The position numbers and the translations under genes were made by a program. The notes below the pieces were generated by a model, which saw only the letters and a program-made list of their open reading frames with translations, was not told the DNA's origin and did no database searches. A DNA stretch of 64,000 nucleotides from a virus (taxonomy: Duplodnaviria > Caudoviricetes), in IMG/VR virus record IMGVR_UViG_3300014656_000025, positions 6,498-70,497 of that record, one strand, 5' to 3'. Within the stretch, counting starts at the first letter, position 1. Each line of letters begins with the position of its first letter. Positions 28,969 through 39,689 of this stretch are shown here, piece after piece.

Positions 28969-29262
28969 CTACCCCATACGCATACGGTCTACAACATTCT
29001 TCGGTACTCGTGCCACATCATATACAACCTTCGGCGCATATGCAGCAATAATCACAATTGCTACAACTATCACGTAATCTGGGAGCAATCCCAATACACC
29101 ACAAGCAGTTGCTCCAATAGTAAGCAGCCCTGCGATAGTTGCTGCCACATCATTCCCAATAGATGGAATAATCCTCTTCACCAACTCCACCAAAGCTGCA
29201 CTTGCTGGTGCAAAGATGGCGATGAGAATTCCCGCTTCCTTTGCAATTTCTGCATATTCCAT
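28969..29262 (-). CDS. holin (putative)
   Basis: 97 aa, three TM-like segments, basic C-terminus, near the endolysin. Confidence 0.65.
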   Translation of the reverse strand: MEYAEIAKEAGILIAIFAPASAALVELVKRIIPSIGNDVAATIAGLLTIGATACGVLGLLPDYVIVVAIVIIAAYAPKVVYDVARVPKNVVDRMRMG

Positions 29263-29287
29263 AGTGATAACCTCCTCTTGTGGTTGT

Positions 29288-29797
29288 CTATCCGATGAGC
29301 TTGAGAAGCGCCATGACGATGCCAGTCACCAGTCCGGTGATACCCACGACATAGCCGACGCCTTGCCCGATGCCGATACCTCTCCCGCTTTGCGAGTTCA
29401 CTAGCCTACTCAGTGCATCAATTTTCTCCGCAATATTGGTGAGCTTGATGTCCACCTCAGCCTTGGTTGCGAAGGTCGCCTGCTGGTCTCGCATGGCGGC
29501 CCTGAACTCGTTCAGGCCATCGAATCGTTTCTCTGCTGCTGCCTCTGCTTTGATCACAGCCATTGCAGCGGCTTCCAAACCGTTTTTGCTATTCTCGGCC
29601 ATAGACTCAAACCGCTGAGTGTAGTTCCTGTCATTCGCTTTCATCAAGTCATACAGGCCGTCGAACTTGGCCTCCATCCATTGTCGCGATGCTACCAAGC
29701 TCTGGCGGTCGGCTATCTTGTCATCATCCATTGCGATTCTCCCTGCGGCGATTCTTAGTGCGTGTACTACAAGCCTGCACGATTGACCATAAAACAT
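29288..29797 (-). CDS. coiled-coil membrane protein of the lysis cassette
   Basis: coiled coil plus C-terminal TM; alternative ATG at 29731. Confidence 0.55.
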   Translation of the reverse strand: MFYGQSCRLVVHALRIAAGRIAMDDDKIADRQSLVASRQWMEAKFDGLYDLMKANDRNYTQRFESMAENSKNGLEAAAMAVIKAEAAAEKRFDGLNEFRAAMRDQQATFATKAEVDIKLTNIAEKIDALSRLVNSQSGRGIGIGQGVGYVVGITGLVTGIVMALLKLIG

Positions 29798-29803
29798 CGC
29801 TCC

Positions 29804-30661
29804 TTATCGGACATGGCATTTCCTCGGCTTTTGGACGTATTTACTAGCTATTTCCATTGCGTAGAATAGCGCGTCAGGGCAATTCCCAAACCGACAGAGG
29901 CCAACTGCTACTCCTGCTGTAAATGCGTCTCCAGCACCAACGTTGTAAGGGTCTTCCACAACAACATCTATCGGTATAGAAACATCCACATCTCCCCAAC
30001 TAGCTACAGATGAGCCGCCATCCCTTGTTATACAAACAGCACCAACCTTAGCCATCTTGCATATCTGCGACGGCGAGACTGTCCCGTAAATAGTGTCTGC
30101 TTCCAATAGATTCGGAACCAAGATTGATGCGCCTTCCCATAGGCTGAAATCACGCCTCTTTGAGTCAACAACACAAAACTTGGCATCCTGTATCATCTTT
30201 TGTACCACAGGTCGGGTCTGTTTGTCAATAACTGATTTACAGTAATCAGAGATAATGATGGCATCGTATGTTGCTACATCGAAGTCAAGTCCAATAAACG
30301 GTTGCTTGCGACCACTGCTTTTCTCCGCATCCAAGCGTGCCACAACGTTATGTCCAATGTAGCCACGCATCTTGAGTGAGATGTTTCCCTGCCCAGACCA
30401 CACAATACGATTGGCTCGCACCGCACTCTTGAAAAGCTCTCCAATCCATTCAGTGTCCTTTTTACCAGGTCCATCTGTGTAGAGGTCTGCCATAACTTTC
30501 TTCTCAGTTAATATAGTGGCGACATTGCCTGCACCCCCTGCGTACACACGAACATTAGGACCTTTCAGCGTCTCGATTGTGGGGTTCTCGGGACACCGAC
30601 CTTCCCAATCACCTTCTATGGAAATGTCGAGCATGGCGTCTCCAACGACAGCTATTTTCAA
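29804..30661 (-). CDS. PfkB-family kinase, HldE/RfaE heptose-7-phosphate kinase-like
   Basis: IAVVGDAMLD, GGAGNVA, IISDYCK, VVDSK, PNLLEA, VGAGD. Confidence 0.8.
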   Translation of the reverse strand: MKIAVVGDAMLDISIEGDWEGRCPENPTIETLKGPNVRVYAGGAGNVATILTEKKVMADLYTDGPGKKDTEWIGELFKSAVRANRIVWSGQGNISLKMRGYIGHNVVARLDAEKSSGRKQPFIGLDFDVATYDAIIISDYCKSVIDKQTRPVVQKMIQDAKFCVVDSKRRDFSLWEGASILVPNLLEADTIYGTVSPSQICKMAKVGAVCITRDGGSSVASWGDVDVSIPIDVVVEDPYNVGAGDAFTAGVAVGLCRFGNCPDALFYAMEIASKYVQKPRKCHVR

Positions 30662-31269
30662 GTTTCCTCATCCTCGTCCGGCAAGTCTGTGCCAGCGGAT
30701 ATGTCTGGAACAGCATTATATTCTTCGTATTCTTCATCCTCGGACACATCTACAGGCGAATGTGAAATCTCATATTTCATAACTTGTTCCTGCTGAAAAC
30801 CTGTTGGGAAACCGGCATACCAATCAGAAATTGCGTACTTAGTAGTTAGGTTTATACCGAGTTGCGATGGAGCAAATGGCACCCCGACAACTTCGTTAAC
30901 ACCAAGCCTATCCAGTTTGTCTTCGAGCATTTCTATGGCATCAGCCCACAGTTCTGCCGAGAGAGATAGGGCGGGGAGCGCCATTGTAGCAATAATGTGT
31001 ATGGGGTCTTCGTCACTTTTCTGTGCAGCCAAAGTTTCATCAAACCACTTCTTTGTTAGTGACAGCGATGCCTCAATAACACCATTGGGTAGGTGGCGAG
31101 CTACAATCATAGGCATCGCATTGTCATGATAGGCGACGCCGGTAGTGATTTCCTCCGCATCTCCTATAATCATCTCAAGTGGTAGCGCATATAAAAAAGC
31201 CGTCTTTGTTGATTGTTTCATGGAATTATCCACTCCTCTTTGGCTCCAAGTCCTTGCTGCCCCATACAT
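30658..31269 (-). CDS. hypothetical protein
   Basis: coupled ORF with acidic tail; probable start MKQST at 31221. Confidence 0.55.
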   Translation of the reverse strand: MYGAARTWSQRGVDNSMKQSTKTAFLYALPLEMIIGDAEEITTGVAYHDNAMPMIVARHLPNGVIEASLSLTKKWFDETLAAQKSDEDPIHIIATMALPALSLSAELWADAIEMLEDKLDRLGVNEVVGVPFAPSQLGINLTTKYAISDWYAGFPTGFQQEQVMKYEISHSPVDVSEDEEYEEYNAVPDISAGTDLPDEDEET

Positions 31270-32675
31270 AGATACGGAATATCCCGCCAGTATGGTGCTA
31301 AGATTGCGCGATAGAGCCTAACTGCGTTTATCGAACATGCTCCAAAACTATCCCCAGCGACGTTTCTGGCGAGGTAGAGCGTATCATCAGTCATGGAGGC
31401 GGTGCCCGTGGCATCTATTTCTCCATACTTTTGACCGTTGACCCAGCACTGCTTCTGCGAGCCATTGTAGACGATACATATATTGTACCACTCATCTGTA
31501 TCTACGGTCAAGGGGGCAATATCAGTGGCTCCTGCGGATACACCGTTTATATTGGCGCGAATATGCGTTCCCGTATATTCCAAGTTTATGCCGCTTGTTT
31601 GAGAGATAATTGGGCAAGCGGCGTCCACATCAAATCTCACGCTAACCTCGATTGATAGCGCATCATCACTAAATGTTTCAGCAACAGGCGTAGCGGATGC
31701 ATAATCAGTAGCTCCGTCGAACTGCACCGCATAGTCTCCCCTGTACCCATCTACCCACGCTCCACCACTCAGTGTTGCGGCGATGCCCAAGAAATCAATA
31801 GGGTTCAGTGTAGTACCTGTGTTCTCATTGCACGGCCAGAATACAACATCATTCAAACCAGTAGTGTCGTAAACAACGGGCCAATCATCTTCAATCCGCA
31901 CATTGGCGTCAATCAGCAATTCATCTATTAAGCCATCGTAATAGTCAGTGCCGTCACCGCCAACTTTCAAATCGGTGCCATGAGCAGCGAGCGTAGTTAG
32001 TGTGCTCGACGTTTTATACACTATATCATCAACAGTTACATAAATCGTGCCTGCGTTGAACTGGAACGAGATGTATTGCCACGCACCAGTGGCGACAGTC
32101 AAGTCACTACTCAGCGTTTGTGGGGTTACTCCATCAGTCACAGTCACTTTTAAAGTTGTGCCATCAACATATAACGAAAAAGCATCATCAATATACACAA
32201 GCGGGCTTACGCCAGTCAGTGTTGTAGGTTTGAACCAACCACCCACAAACACAAACTCTCCAATTGGCTCTACTGAGACCATTGTAACGGAAGCAACTGC
32301 TGATGTCCCATTCAAACTTAAACAGTTACTCCACTTACCTCCAGAGACTATTGCGCAGTCACCAGTCAGCAAATCATTGCTGTTAGCTGTTTCATCTGGA
32401 GTAACAGTGGGCGTTGAACTACTTGTATCCATGTGCCAATGACCAACGCAAGTTTCTGTACGAATAAATGGCTCTATGGGCACGACAACAGAGTATGTCA
32501 TATAGCGGGATAGTGCCGTGCTGTCCGCGCCATCGGATACCTCATCTATCATGTTTAAAAGTTCACCAGTATTAGCGAATACTTGGTCGGCCATAACGAG
32601 ACCACCAAATGTAGAAACTGCCCTCCCGTCTTTCACAGCACGTCTCAAATCAGATATAATGTTTGGTGGCAACAT
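31218..32675 (-). CDS. tail protein with two LamG/concanavalin A-like domains
   Basis: GHWHMD..GKWSNCLSLNG..WQYISF..GLIDEL; second unit WVDG..AVQFDG..WYNICIVY..INAVRLY. Confidence 0.8.
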   Translation of the reverse strand: MLPPNIISDLRRAVKDGRAVSTFGGLVMADQVFANTGELLNMIDEVSDGADSTALSRYMTYSVVVPIEPFIRTETCVGHWHMDTSSSTPTVTPDETANSNDLLTGDCAIVSGGKWSNCLSLNGTSAVASVTMVSVEPIGEFVFVGGWFKPTTLTGVSPLVYIDDAFSLYVDGTTLKVTVTDGVTPQTLSSDLTVATGAWQYISFQFNAGTIYVTVDDIVYKTSSTLTTLAAHGTDLKVGGDGTDYYDGLIDELLIDANVRIEDDWPVVYDTTGLNDVVFWPCNENTGTTLNPIDFLGIAATLSGGAWVDGYRGDYAVQFDGATDYASATPVAETFSDDALSIEVSVRFDVDAACPIISQTSGINLEYTGTHIRANINGVSAGATDIAPLTVDTDEWYNICIVYNGSQKQCWVNGQKYGEIDATGTASMTDDTLYLARNVAGDSFGACSINAVRLYRAILAPYWRDIPYLCMGQQGLGAKEEWIIP

Positions 32676-32687
32676 TACGATGGTCTC

Positions 32688-34883
32688 CTAAATCGTCTGC
32701 GGGTATTCAACGCTCTCAATTTGACATCCCTGCACATTACCTTGGCGAGACATCGTTGTGGGAGATACCTCGGTATTCATCGAGACAATCTTCCACAAAC
32801 TCGTATGTCCATGAACTTGGAAGAAGTCTCCTTCTCTGAGAGTAGGGTCTAGTTTTGTAGTGAACGTAAAGCGGCGACGAATTCTACCAAACTTCTTCCA
32901 CAACTCATAGGCTGCCCAACTGATATTCTCCTGCCTATTGAGGTTAGTCCACATAATTGCTAGTTTTCTGCGTCCGATATAATCAGGTGCATTGGGGTCA
33001 ACCTGACTGCCAGTATTTACCCTGAAGTCTTTGATTACGCGACCAGTCCTATTGTCCTTGCCAAACACCCACAATTCATTATAGAACTCGTTCATCATAA
33101 ACTCAACCTGTGGACTTCTAATATAGTAGCCATCTGCGGAAGCGTTTTCTGACATATAGAACGTGCGAGATGAAGTAGTTGACGGTTCTTTGAACGAAAA
33201 CTTTCCATCTTTATCAAATCTGCAAGTATACTCAACACCAAAGAGGTCGTGCAATGTTTGGATAAAATCAATAGCCATTATTCCATTCTCAGGCTTGAAT
33301 TGAAACTTGCCACTAGTTCTCTTCTTGCCAAGTGTTATGTTTGGAGTGGCATCTATGTCCAACATTGCGGCAGGCCAACCCATTCTCTCCATAAACGCAG
33401 TAAGTGCATCACTCAACACCATTCCGTCGTAAGCAGGATGATTGGCAACAATGTCTTGTTTTAGCAATGCAAAGCCATCACCACACTCCCACTCGATTTC
33501 CAGTGCGCTTTTTGTTGGCGTTTTCCACAAATCGAACTTAGGATTCAGTGTGTACAGAACCGCTCTATCTTCTCCATCAACATCATAGTCAAGCTCATTC
33601 ATTACCCTGGTGGCTAGTGCGTCATAAGTCCCATCTTGATTGCGTATCTTCAGCGTTGCCCGATACCCCTCCAAGTCCGTGCTCAGTTGTTCAGTAAGTA
33701 TTTCAACGTCATCAGATATGTCTGTGCTACTACTAGTATCAGTAGTTGCGCTTTGGTCAAACTGGCAGACTATATCAGTCAGCGTTGGTGACACGTGAGC
33801 AGTTGCAGTAAGAGTTACTTCCCACTTGAATTTCTTAAACTCAGGCGTATCTGTTGATGGCATCTCCACCTCGGTATAATCATCATCGTCCCCTTCGAGT
33901 GCATAAATCTTGTAGGAGACGCCACCCACCTCTCCGCCTGCTGGGACTGTCGTATTGTCAAGGTAGCCAGTATTGCCCCACCCAAACACTTTGAGTGTGG
34001 GATATACGGCATTACTATTATCTTTCTCTACCACACCACTTTTTATCGTGCCCGTTGTGGCACATTCCATCGGCGTTATGCGACATAATGAGAGGCCGCC
34101 ACTCAGACTTCTTATAGCTGCAATACCTTGCGGAAACAACGAGATGTTCTCTCGGCCCTCGTATGCACTCTGGTAGAAAAACCCACCATCACGCAACACA
34201 TCAGATTTAACAATGAATGTCTCTGGTGTAATTGGCTGCACCCAAAAAGACAACCACTCAGACCCAAGTTCCTTCGGGTTTTCAACAATGTGGTGATGGT
34301 ATTTCTGTGTACGAATAGATGATGGGTCTGTCTCAAATGTATCGTAAGTATCGAACGGATATTCATACACAAGAAACTGTGCTCTATCGGTAATAGCAAA
34401 GAAGAATGGCGAAAAATAGTAATCAGTACCATTTATCGTTTGCGTTTTAGTCAAGTTTACGCGAGGAAAAAGCTCCAAAGAAACATCAGTTGTGTCAGCA
34501 GGGCGATGCCATAAAACATCAATCCGTAAACCCCTGCTGTGCGGTATCAAGTGTGTGGTGTTGGGATACATCAACCAAGGGGTAGTTAGTGTGCCAGACC
34601 AGCCGACGCATTTTCCGCCCATTCCAAACGTGTCATCGGCCTCTATCCAATCAGCGCGTGTGGTAGGCTCCAAACCATAGTCATCCTTACCCCATGCGTA
34701 TAAATCAGGCCGATAAATAGGCGAAAGCATAACCGACTTACTAAGGTCATCAACATAAATGTCGGTCAAGTCATAATCACGAATGTTCCACCCAGGCGTG
34801 TGTGTCGTAGCTTGAGATTGTCGGTCAAGCAGGTAGGTGGGCTTCTTCACCGTTACCGATAATGCGGCCTTGGTATTAGGCAT
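32688..34883 (-). CDS. minor tail / hub-like protein
   Basis: 731 aa directly after the tape measure; C-terminus resembles tail hub proteins (RFDKDGKFSF, FYNELWVFG, LREGD). Confidence 0.6.
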   Translation of the reverse strand: MPNTKAALSVTVKKPTYLLDRQSQATTHTPGWNIRDYDLTDIYVDDLSKSVMLSPIYRPDLYAWGKDDYGLEPTTRADWIEADDTFGMGGKCVGWSGTLTTPWLMYPNTTHLIPHSRGLRIDVLWHRPADTTDVSLELFPRVNLTKTQTINGTDYYFSPFFFAITDRAQFLVYEYPFDTYDTFETDPSSIRTQKYHHHIVENPKELGSEWLSFWVQPITPETFIVKSDVLRDGGFFYQSAYEGRENISLFPQGIAAIRSLSGGLSLCRITPMECATTGTIKSGVVEKDNSNAVYPTLKVFGWGNTGYLDNTTVPAGGEVGGVSYKIYALEGDDDDYTEVEMPSTDTPEFKKFKWEVTLTATAHVSPTLTDIVCQFDQSATTDTSSSTDISDDVEILTEQLSTDLEGYRATLKIRNQDGTYDALATRVMNELDYDVDGEDRAVLYTLNPKFDLWKTPTKSALEIEWECGDGFALLKQDIVANHPAYDGMVLSDALTAFMERMGWPAAMLDIDATPNITLGKKRTSGKFQFKPENGIMAIDFIQTLHDLFGVEYTCRFDKDGKFSFKEPSTTSSRTFYMSENASADGYYIRSPQVEFMMNEFYNELWVFGKDNRTGRVIKDFRVNTGSQVDPNAPDYIGRRKLAIMWTNLNRQENISWAAYELWKKFGRIRRRFTFTTKLDPTLREGDFFQVHGHTSLWKIVSMNTEVSPTTMSRQGNVQGCQIESVEYPQTI

Positions 34884-37800
34884 TCAATACACCCACCAAT
34901 TCCCGCCCAAACTGATTCATAAGTGCAGGCATTGCAGCAGCGACCTTGCCTTGTATCATGGCAGGCGCGAGGTCCTCAAACTTCACGCGCACCATAACCT
35001 CGTTATTCTTTTGTCCAGCAAGCGTTGCCCTCATTTCCTTTGCGCCAAGCCCTCCACCCAATATGCCAGTACCAAGTTGGCGGAACATTCCAGCCTCGTG
35101 CAACGCCTGCTCCATCATTGCCTGCGGCGCACCAACAACCTTCCCAATAATCTTCCCCCACTCAGTCTCCGTATCATCTTTCATCATGCCCAAGTATTTC
35201 TCATAATCATCCATCTGTTCTTTTGCACTGCGGTCACTTTGCTGAGACCGCCACAGATAGAAATCAGCCCACTTCTTTTTCAATCTATCAACAACACCTT
35301 CTTCACCAAAGCCCATTTCTTCTTTGGTTTGCAATATCTTAAAGCCCTGTTCTCTCAAACCGACATCTGCATCGTAGGCGTCTTCTTTAGCCTTTTTGAT
35401 TGCTACCTCAGCATTAGCCATAGCAATTCTATCGCCTTGGACTTCAGCTAATTTCTTCTCATTTTCCAGTATTGCTATATCATAATCAAGCAACTCTTTG
35501 ATGTTTGCTCCTTCAACCTCACGCAAACTACGCCCAGCCTTCAACGCATCAATGTAAAACTTCATTGACTCTGTTTGCGCATTCTGATTTTCAGCATCAA
35601 TTTTATTCTGTTCCTGAAGTTCTTCAGCGCTGTTGATTGCTTGCGACCAAGCAACTGCATCAGCGTTCGCACCCTGTTTTTTCATAGCCTGAATATTGCG
35701 CTCATTCATTGCTTTTTGTCTTGTAAGCGCATCTTCCATAATTCCAACCTTAACATAAGAATTAGCAACCTTTTCCATAGTAGTTGCGCTAGGTCCTAAC
35801 TCTGCACCACCCAACTGCACTGCTGTACGTGCTGTACCCATAGCATCCTGCGCTTTGTATGCAGCAGTAACTGCCTCGCGTTCATCTGGAGACAACTGTT
35901 GCGAAGACCTCTTGTAAGCAGCTTGCGCATTAGCCAAATCCTTGCGATTGGACGCAGAAGGATTTTCCAATACTGCCTTCTTTGCTGCATCTATTTCTTT
36001 TTGCGCAGTCTCCATTTTCTTCTTATGAGCAGCAGTATACAGCTTCCATTGTTCATCAATGTTTTCCTGTCCGAAAACTAATCCAGCATATTTTCCGCCG
36101 CCAGCCTCATACACCTGCTGTTCAGACTTCAACTCTTCAATACGCAACTGTGCCATGCCAACGTCAAGAAGTGCTTGAGCAATTTCCAATTGCTCTTTTT
36201 GTTCCTCAGTCTGTTTATTAAGTTCTCTTGTTCTTGCAGGTTGCGCTGCTATCAACGCATCTTGAACAGTTTTATACTCTTCGTATTTCTTCTTTCCTGC
36301 ATCTAGTGCATCCTGCTGCCGCAACAACGTCAGCAGCATATCTCCACCTTGCTTCTTACTATCTTCTATAGCTTTCTCCATTGCGTTTACGGATACCAAT
36401 TCATCCTTGCGAAGTTTACCCTGCGATTCGAGATGCGAACGCCAAACCTTGCCAACATCTAAACTATCCTTGGATGCAGATAGCAAATCACTAGCCGTGT
36501 CTACTACATCTTTCTCGGTAGTACTTGCATCCAACAACATTGAATTCCGCAATCTACCCAGAACAACATCCCGTTCTCGACCAGGAGACATTGCATCATA
36601 TTGTTTCTTAAGCATTTCAACTGCATCAAGATGTTTTTTAGCTTCCTGAGTTACTCTCTCATATTGCTCAATTGTCATACCTTGCAATTCTGCCTGACGC
36701 TTGGCTATATCTGCTTGCATATCATTTAGCAATTCCTGCCCGAATCCACCCGCTTGAGCAGGCATACCCATAGCCTTTATTTCTTCAGCCGATGCGGTTT
36801 CTGCTCTGCGTCCATGTTTCACAGCCTCAGGCGCGAATTGCGGGTTTTTCTCCACGTACCGCTGCTGTTCTGGAGACAACCGTTCCCACGATGTTTCACC
36901 AGCCTGCTTCCAGAAATGCCTAGCAAAGGCTACGGCATCTCCTTCTGACAGACCTTCTTCCCTAGCCCATTCATATGGCCTAGCGTGAGGAGTAAAACTC
37001 CCTGTAAATTTTTTACCATACTGAGCTATAAGGTCAGAAAACTTACCAATTTCTTCAGATGCTTGCTTAGTCACATCAGACACAGGAACAACATCTGCCA
37101 TTTCCTTGAATTTTTCAACAGCAGCACTAATACTTTTATTTAGCGCATCAAATCTTCGTTCACTTGTATTCAACAAGTATGATATTCCAGCAATTGCCGC
37201 ACCCATCACTGCAAACTGTATATTCATCAACGCAAATGACGCTACGCTCTTTAGCGCACTACCAACAAGTCCAAGTGTAGCAGATGCAGCAGTTGTTATG
37301 CGTTGTCCAAACATCGCCAACTGCCTACCTGTATGTGCGAACCTCTGCCCTAAGAACGTTGCGGCTCTTTGAAGTGGGGCAAAGACGTTAACCGGCGCAC
37401 CTCTCCCTGCTCTCGTTGCACCTCGCGCACCACCACCAGTAGCAACAGCGTCAAGTATTTCCTGCCGTCTTGCTTGACGTTGCTTATGTATTGCTACTGC
37501 GATGGCACCATCCACACTAAGTTGTTTTCTGCTCAACTCAAGTCTTTGTTTTGCTTCTCTAACTATTGTTTTCTGGAGAAACACCTGTCTCTTCGCAACT
37601 TCTGCATCTAATTGATGATTACGGAATCCTCGTGCTGCGCGATATTCCATATCAGCCAATTCAGCAGCCAATCTCACCCGCAGGCGTTGGGTTGCTGCAA
37701 CACCGCTCTGGAGTTCTTTTATTCTCCCTAGTGCATTGGCTTGTCTAGAAAGCGGGCCTGCGCCATCTCCTGCTGTGTAAGTATATGGGTGTGTAGTAGG

Positions 37801-39240
37801 GGGTTGTCTAGTGGCACTAGTGTCTGCAACAGGAGGTCGTCTGATAGTATGAACGCCTGCGACAGCAGTTGCCGCTGCACCCCCTGTAGCCATCCCAGCA
37901 AATCCCAACTCCTCCATCTTTGCAGCCAAAACAGCTTTTATTGAAGCAACCTTCTTTGCATTCCAACCTATCAACTCAGCAGCTTCTACTGCTTCTTGCA
38001 GCGCAAGCATCTGACTGACCTTGGCAAGCTCAAGCTCAATCTCAATCATCATCTTCTGGCCCGTAGTAAACGTCTGTTGGAATATCTTGAACGACGACCA
38101 AACACCCATAAACTGAATAGCAACATTGGCGATGGCTGCACCCAATGCAACAAAGCCCGCAACAGCAGTGCCGATGATTAGCGTCCATACTGTTGCGGCT
38201 CCAGTAGTCTTTGCCATCTCATTTAGTCTACCAATGAATTTGGCACCCCACGCCAGCACCGATTTCAAAGCAGGAGTGAGAAATCCACCAAGTGTTGCGC
38301 CCAACCGTTTCAGTTGGTCATTGAAGTTGGACACAGAACCAATCAGCGTACCCATCATTGCTTCGTTTGCGCCGCCATATTTCCTTTGTATCGTTTCCAT
38401 CAACGCCCACTGCATCTTGGCCTTGTCAACAACCTGCCCCTGTGCGTTGATGGCGTCACCAGCAAATTCCCTTACCTCCTCCTTGGTAATATCAAAAGTG
38501 TTGCGAAGCCGACGGAATTCACCATGCATTGCGTCAACAAAAGCACGAGAAGCAGATGCAATGTCCACACCGTCCTGATTGATGGCGGCAGCCAAGTCAC
38601 CCATTGGATGAATAAGTGCCGTCACATCATAACCAGCAACGGTAAGCACACGACCTGCTTCAATAACCTGCGTCAAACTATATCTAATCTTGGGGGCTTG
38701 GTCACGGAGGTATTCAACCATCTTGCCAGCTGTTTCCATCGAACCAGTCATCTTCTCAAACGCCCGCCTCGTGGAATCAATCAGCGTAGCTTCATCAGCC
38801 AACTTCTTAATAGCCATAATACCAACGCCAGTAACAACAGTAGCCTGCATCATCATTTCACGCATGGGAATAGCAGCCATCGTGAATTTCCACATCATCA
38901 GCGATGCACGGTCAAAGCGAGTAGCAAGCATATCTATAGCTTTACTGCCAGTGGTGAGGGATATTGCGGCGCGACGAAAACCACGGTCAACGCGACCAAT
39001 CTGCTTCTCTAGGTGCTCAAACGTCCTACCAGTTGCCATACCGCTTGCAGCAGTTTTCCTAAAGCCAGTAGCCATCTTGTCAGATGCTTGTCTGGTTTTG
39101 TTGGCAGCATTAGTCACCTTACCGACAGCACCAACTGTTTTCCCCAACGCTGTTTGAATTCTCCCTAAATCAACAAGCAGTTTACCGGGGTCGGCGGTAA
39201 ACTTGGTTATTACTTGGTCCTCAAAAGCCATGCGCACCAC
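34876..39240 (-). CDS. tail tape measure protein
   Basis: 1454 aa, Ala/Lys/Glu-rich helical; TMP motifs RRAFEKMTGS, DLAAA, MGTLIGSVSNFND. Confidence 0.9.
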   Translation of the reverse strand: MVRMAFEDQVITKFTADPGKLLVDLGRIQTALGKTVGAVGKVTNAANKTRQASDKMATGFRKTAASGMATGRTFEHLEKQIGRVDRGFRRAAISLTTGSKAIDMLATRFDRASLMMWKFTMAAIPMREMMMQATVVTGVGIMAIKKLADEATLIDSTRRAFEKMTGSMETAGKMVEYLRDQAPKIRYSLTQVIEAGRVLTVAGYDVTALIHPMGDLAAAINQDGVDIASASRAFVDAMHGEFRRLRNTFDITKEEVREFAGDAINAQGQVVDKAKMQWALMETIQRKYGGANEAMMGTLIGSVSNFNDQLKRLGATLGGFLTPALKSVLAWGAKFIGRLNEMAKTTGAATVWTLIIGTAVAGFVALGAAIANVAIQFMGVWSSFKIFQQTFTTGQKMMIEIELELAKVSQMLALQEAVEAAELIGWNAKKVASIKAVLAAKMEELGFAGMATGGAAATAVAGVHTIRRPPVADTSATRQPPTTHPYTYTAGDGAGPLSRQANALGRIKELQSGVAATQRLRVRLAAELADMEYRAARGFRNHQLDAEVAKRQVFLQKTIVREAKQRLELSRKQLSVDGAIAVAIHKQRQARRQEILDAVATGGGARGATRAGRGAPVNVFAPLQRAATFLGQRFAHTGRQLAMFGQRITTAASATLGLVGSALKSVASFALMNIQFAVMGAAIAGISYLLNTSERRFDALNKSISAAVEKFKEMADVVPVSDVTKQASEEIGKFSDLIAQYGKKFTGSFTPHARPYEWAREEGLSEGDAVAFARHFWKQAGETSWERLSPEQQRYVEKNPQFAPEAVKHGRRAETASAEEIKAMGMPAQAGGFGQELLNDMQADIAKRQAELQGMTIEQYERVTQEAKKHLDAVEMLKKQYDAMSPGRERDVVLGRLRNSMLLDASTTEKDVVDTASDLLSASKDSLDVGKVWRSHLESQGKLRKDELVSVNAMEKAIEDSKKQGGDMLLTLLRQQDALDAGKKKYEEYKTVQDALIAAQPARTRELNKQTEEQKEQLEIAQALLDVGMAQLRIEELKSEQQVYEAGGGKYAGLVFGQENIDEQWKLYTAAHKKKMETAQKEIDAAKKAVLENPSASNRKDLANAQAAYKRSSQQLSPDEREAVTAAYKAQDAMGTARTAVQLGGAELGPSATTMEKVANSYVKVGIMEDALTRQKAMNERNIQAMKKQGANADAVAWSQAINSAEELQEQNKIDAENQNAQTESMKFYIDALKAGRSLREVEGANIKELLDYDIAILENEKKLAEVQGDRIAMANAEVAIKKAKEDAYDADVGLREQGFKILQTKEEMGFGEEGVVDRLKKKWADFYLWRSQQSDRSAKEQMDDYEKYLGMMKDDTETEWGKIIGKVVGAPQAMMEQALHEAGMFRQLGTGILGGGLGAKEMRATLAGQKNNEVMVRVKFEDLAPAMIQGKVAAAMPALMNQFGRELVGVLNA

Positions 39241-39252
39241 CTGCCTTGTGGC

Positions 39253-39678
39253 CTACAACTGGTTTATTTCTTCTTGCGAAAGCAACTTACCTCTTCGCTT
39301 CATCCCTGCGAGCCATTTGTTTTCTGCTGCGGCTGCTTCCTCGTCAGTCATTTTTTCTTTTGGTAAAACAGCACTCAAGAAAGCATTAGAAGACGAGAAA
39401 CTATCATCGCTTGATTGGAAACGCACGCCGCCACCGTCTTCTGCATCGACTTCCATATTGCGTTCAATCACGCCATCTTTATCCGTATAAATACTGCTAC
39501 AGATAAAGCACTCTCTCTCTTGCACTTGCGATTTATCAACGCAATCAGAGCAAATGTTCTGCGACTTATTCTGTATCCTGTGATAAGCCAGCAACTCGTT
39601 GCATTGAACTGGCGACAACGACAACTGAGATGGCAAAACCCCTAAGTGTTCAATGCAAGCGTCGCATAGTTCGTACAT
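39253..39678 (-). CDS. tail assembly chaperone, frameshift extension (GT-like)
   Basis: in the -1 frame of the upstream chaperone after T TTT TTC. Confidence 0.7.
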   Translation of the reverse strand: MYELCDACIEHLGVLPSQLSLSPVQCNELLAYHRIQNKSQNICSDCVDKSQVQERECFICSSIYTDKDGVIERNMEVDAEDGGGVRFQSSDDSFSSSNAFLSAVLPKEKMTDEEAAAAENKWLAGMKRRGKLLSQEEINQL

Positions 39679-39689
39679 CAGAGGCTGGC

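Noticed and set aside
34837-39012. Several long + strand ORFs opposite the tape measure and capsid genes (e.g. 38314..39012, 49196..49777)
   Set aside because: Antisense to well-supported structural genes, with no recognisable motifs
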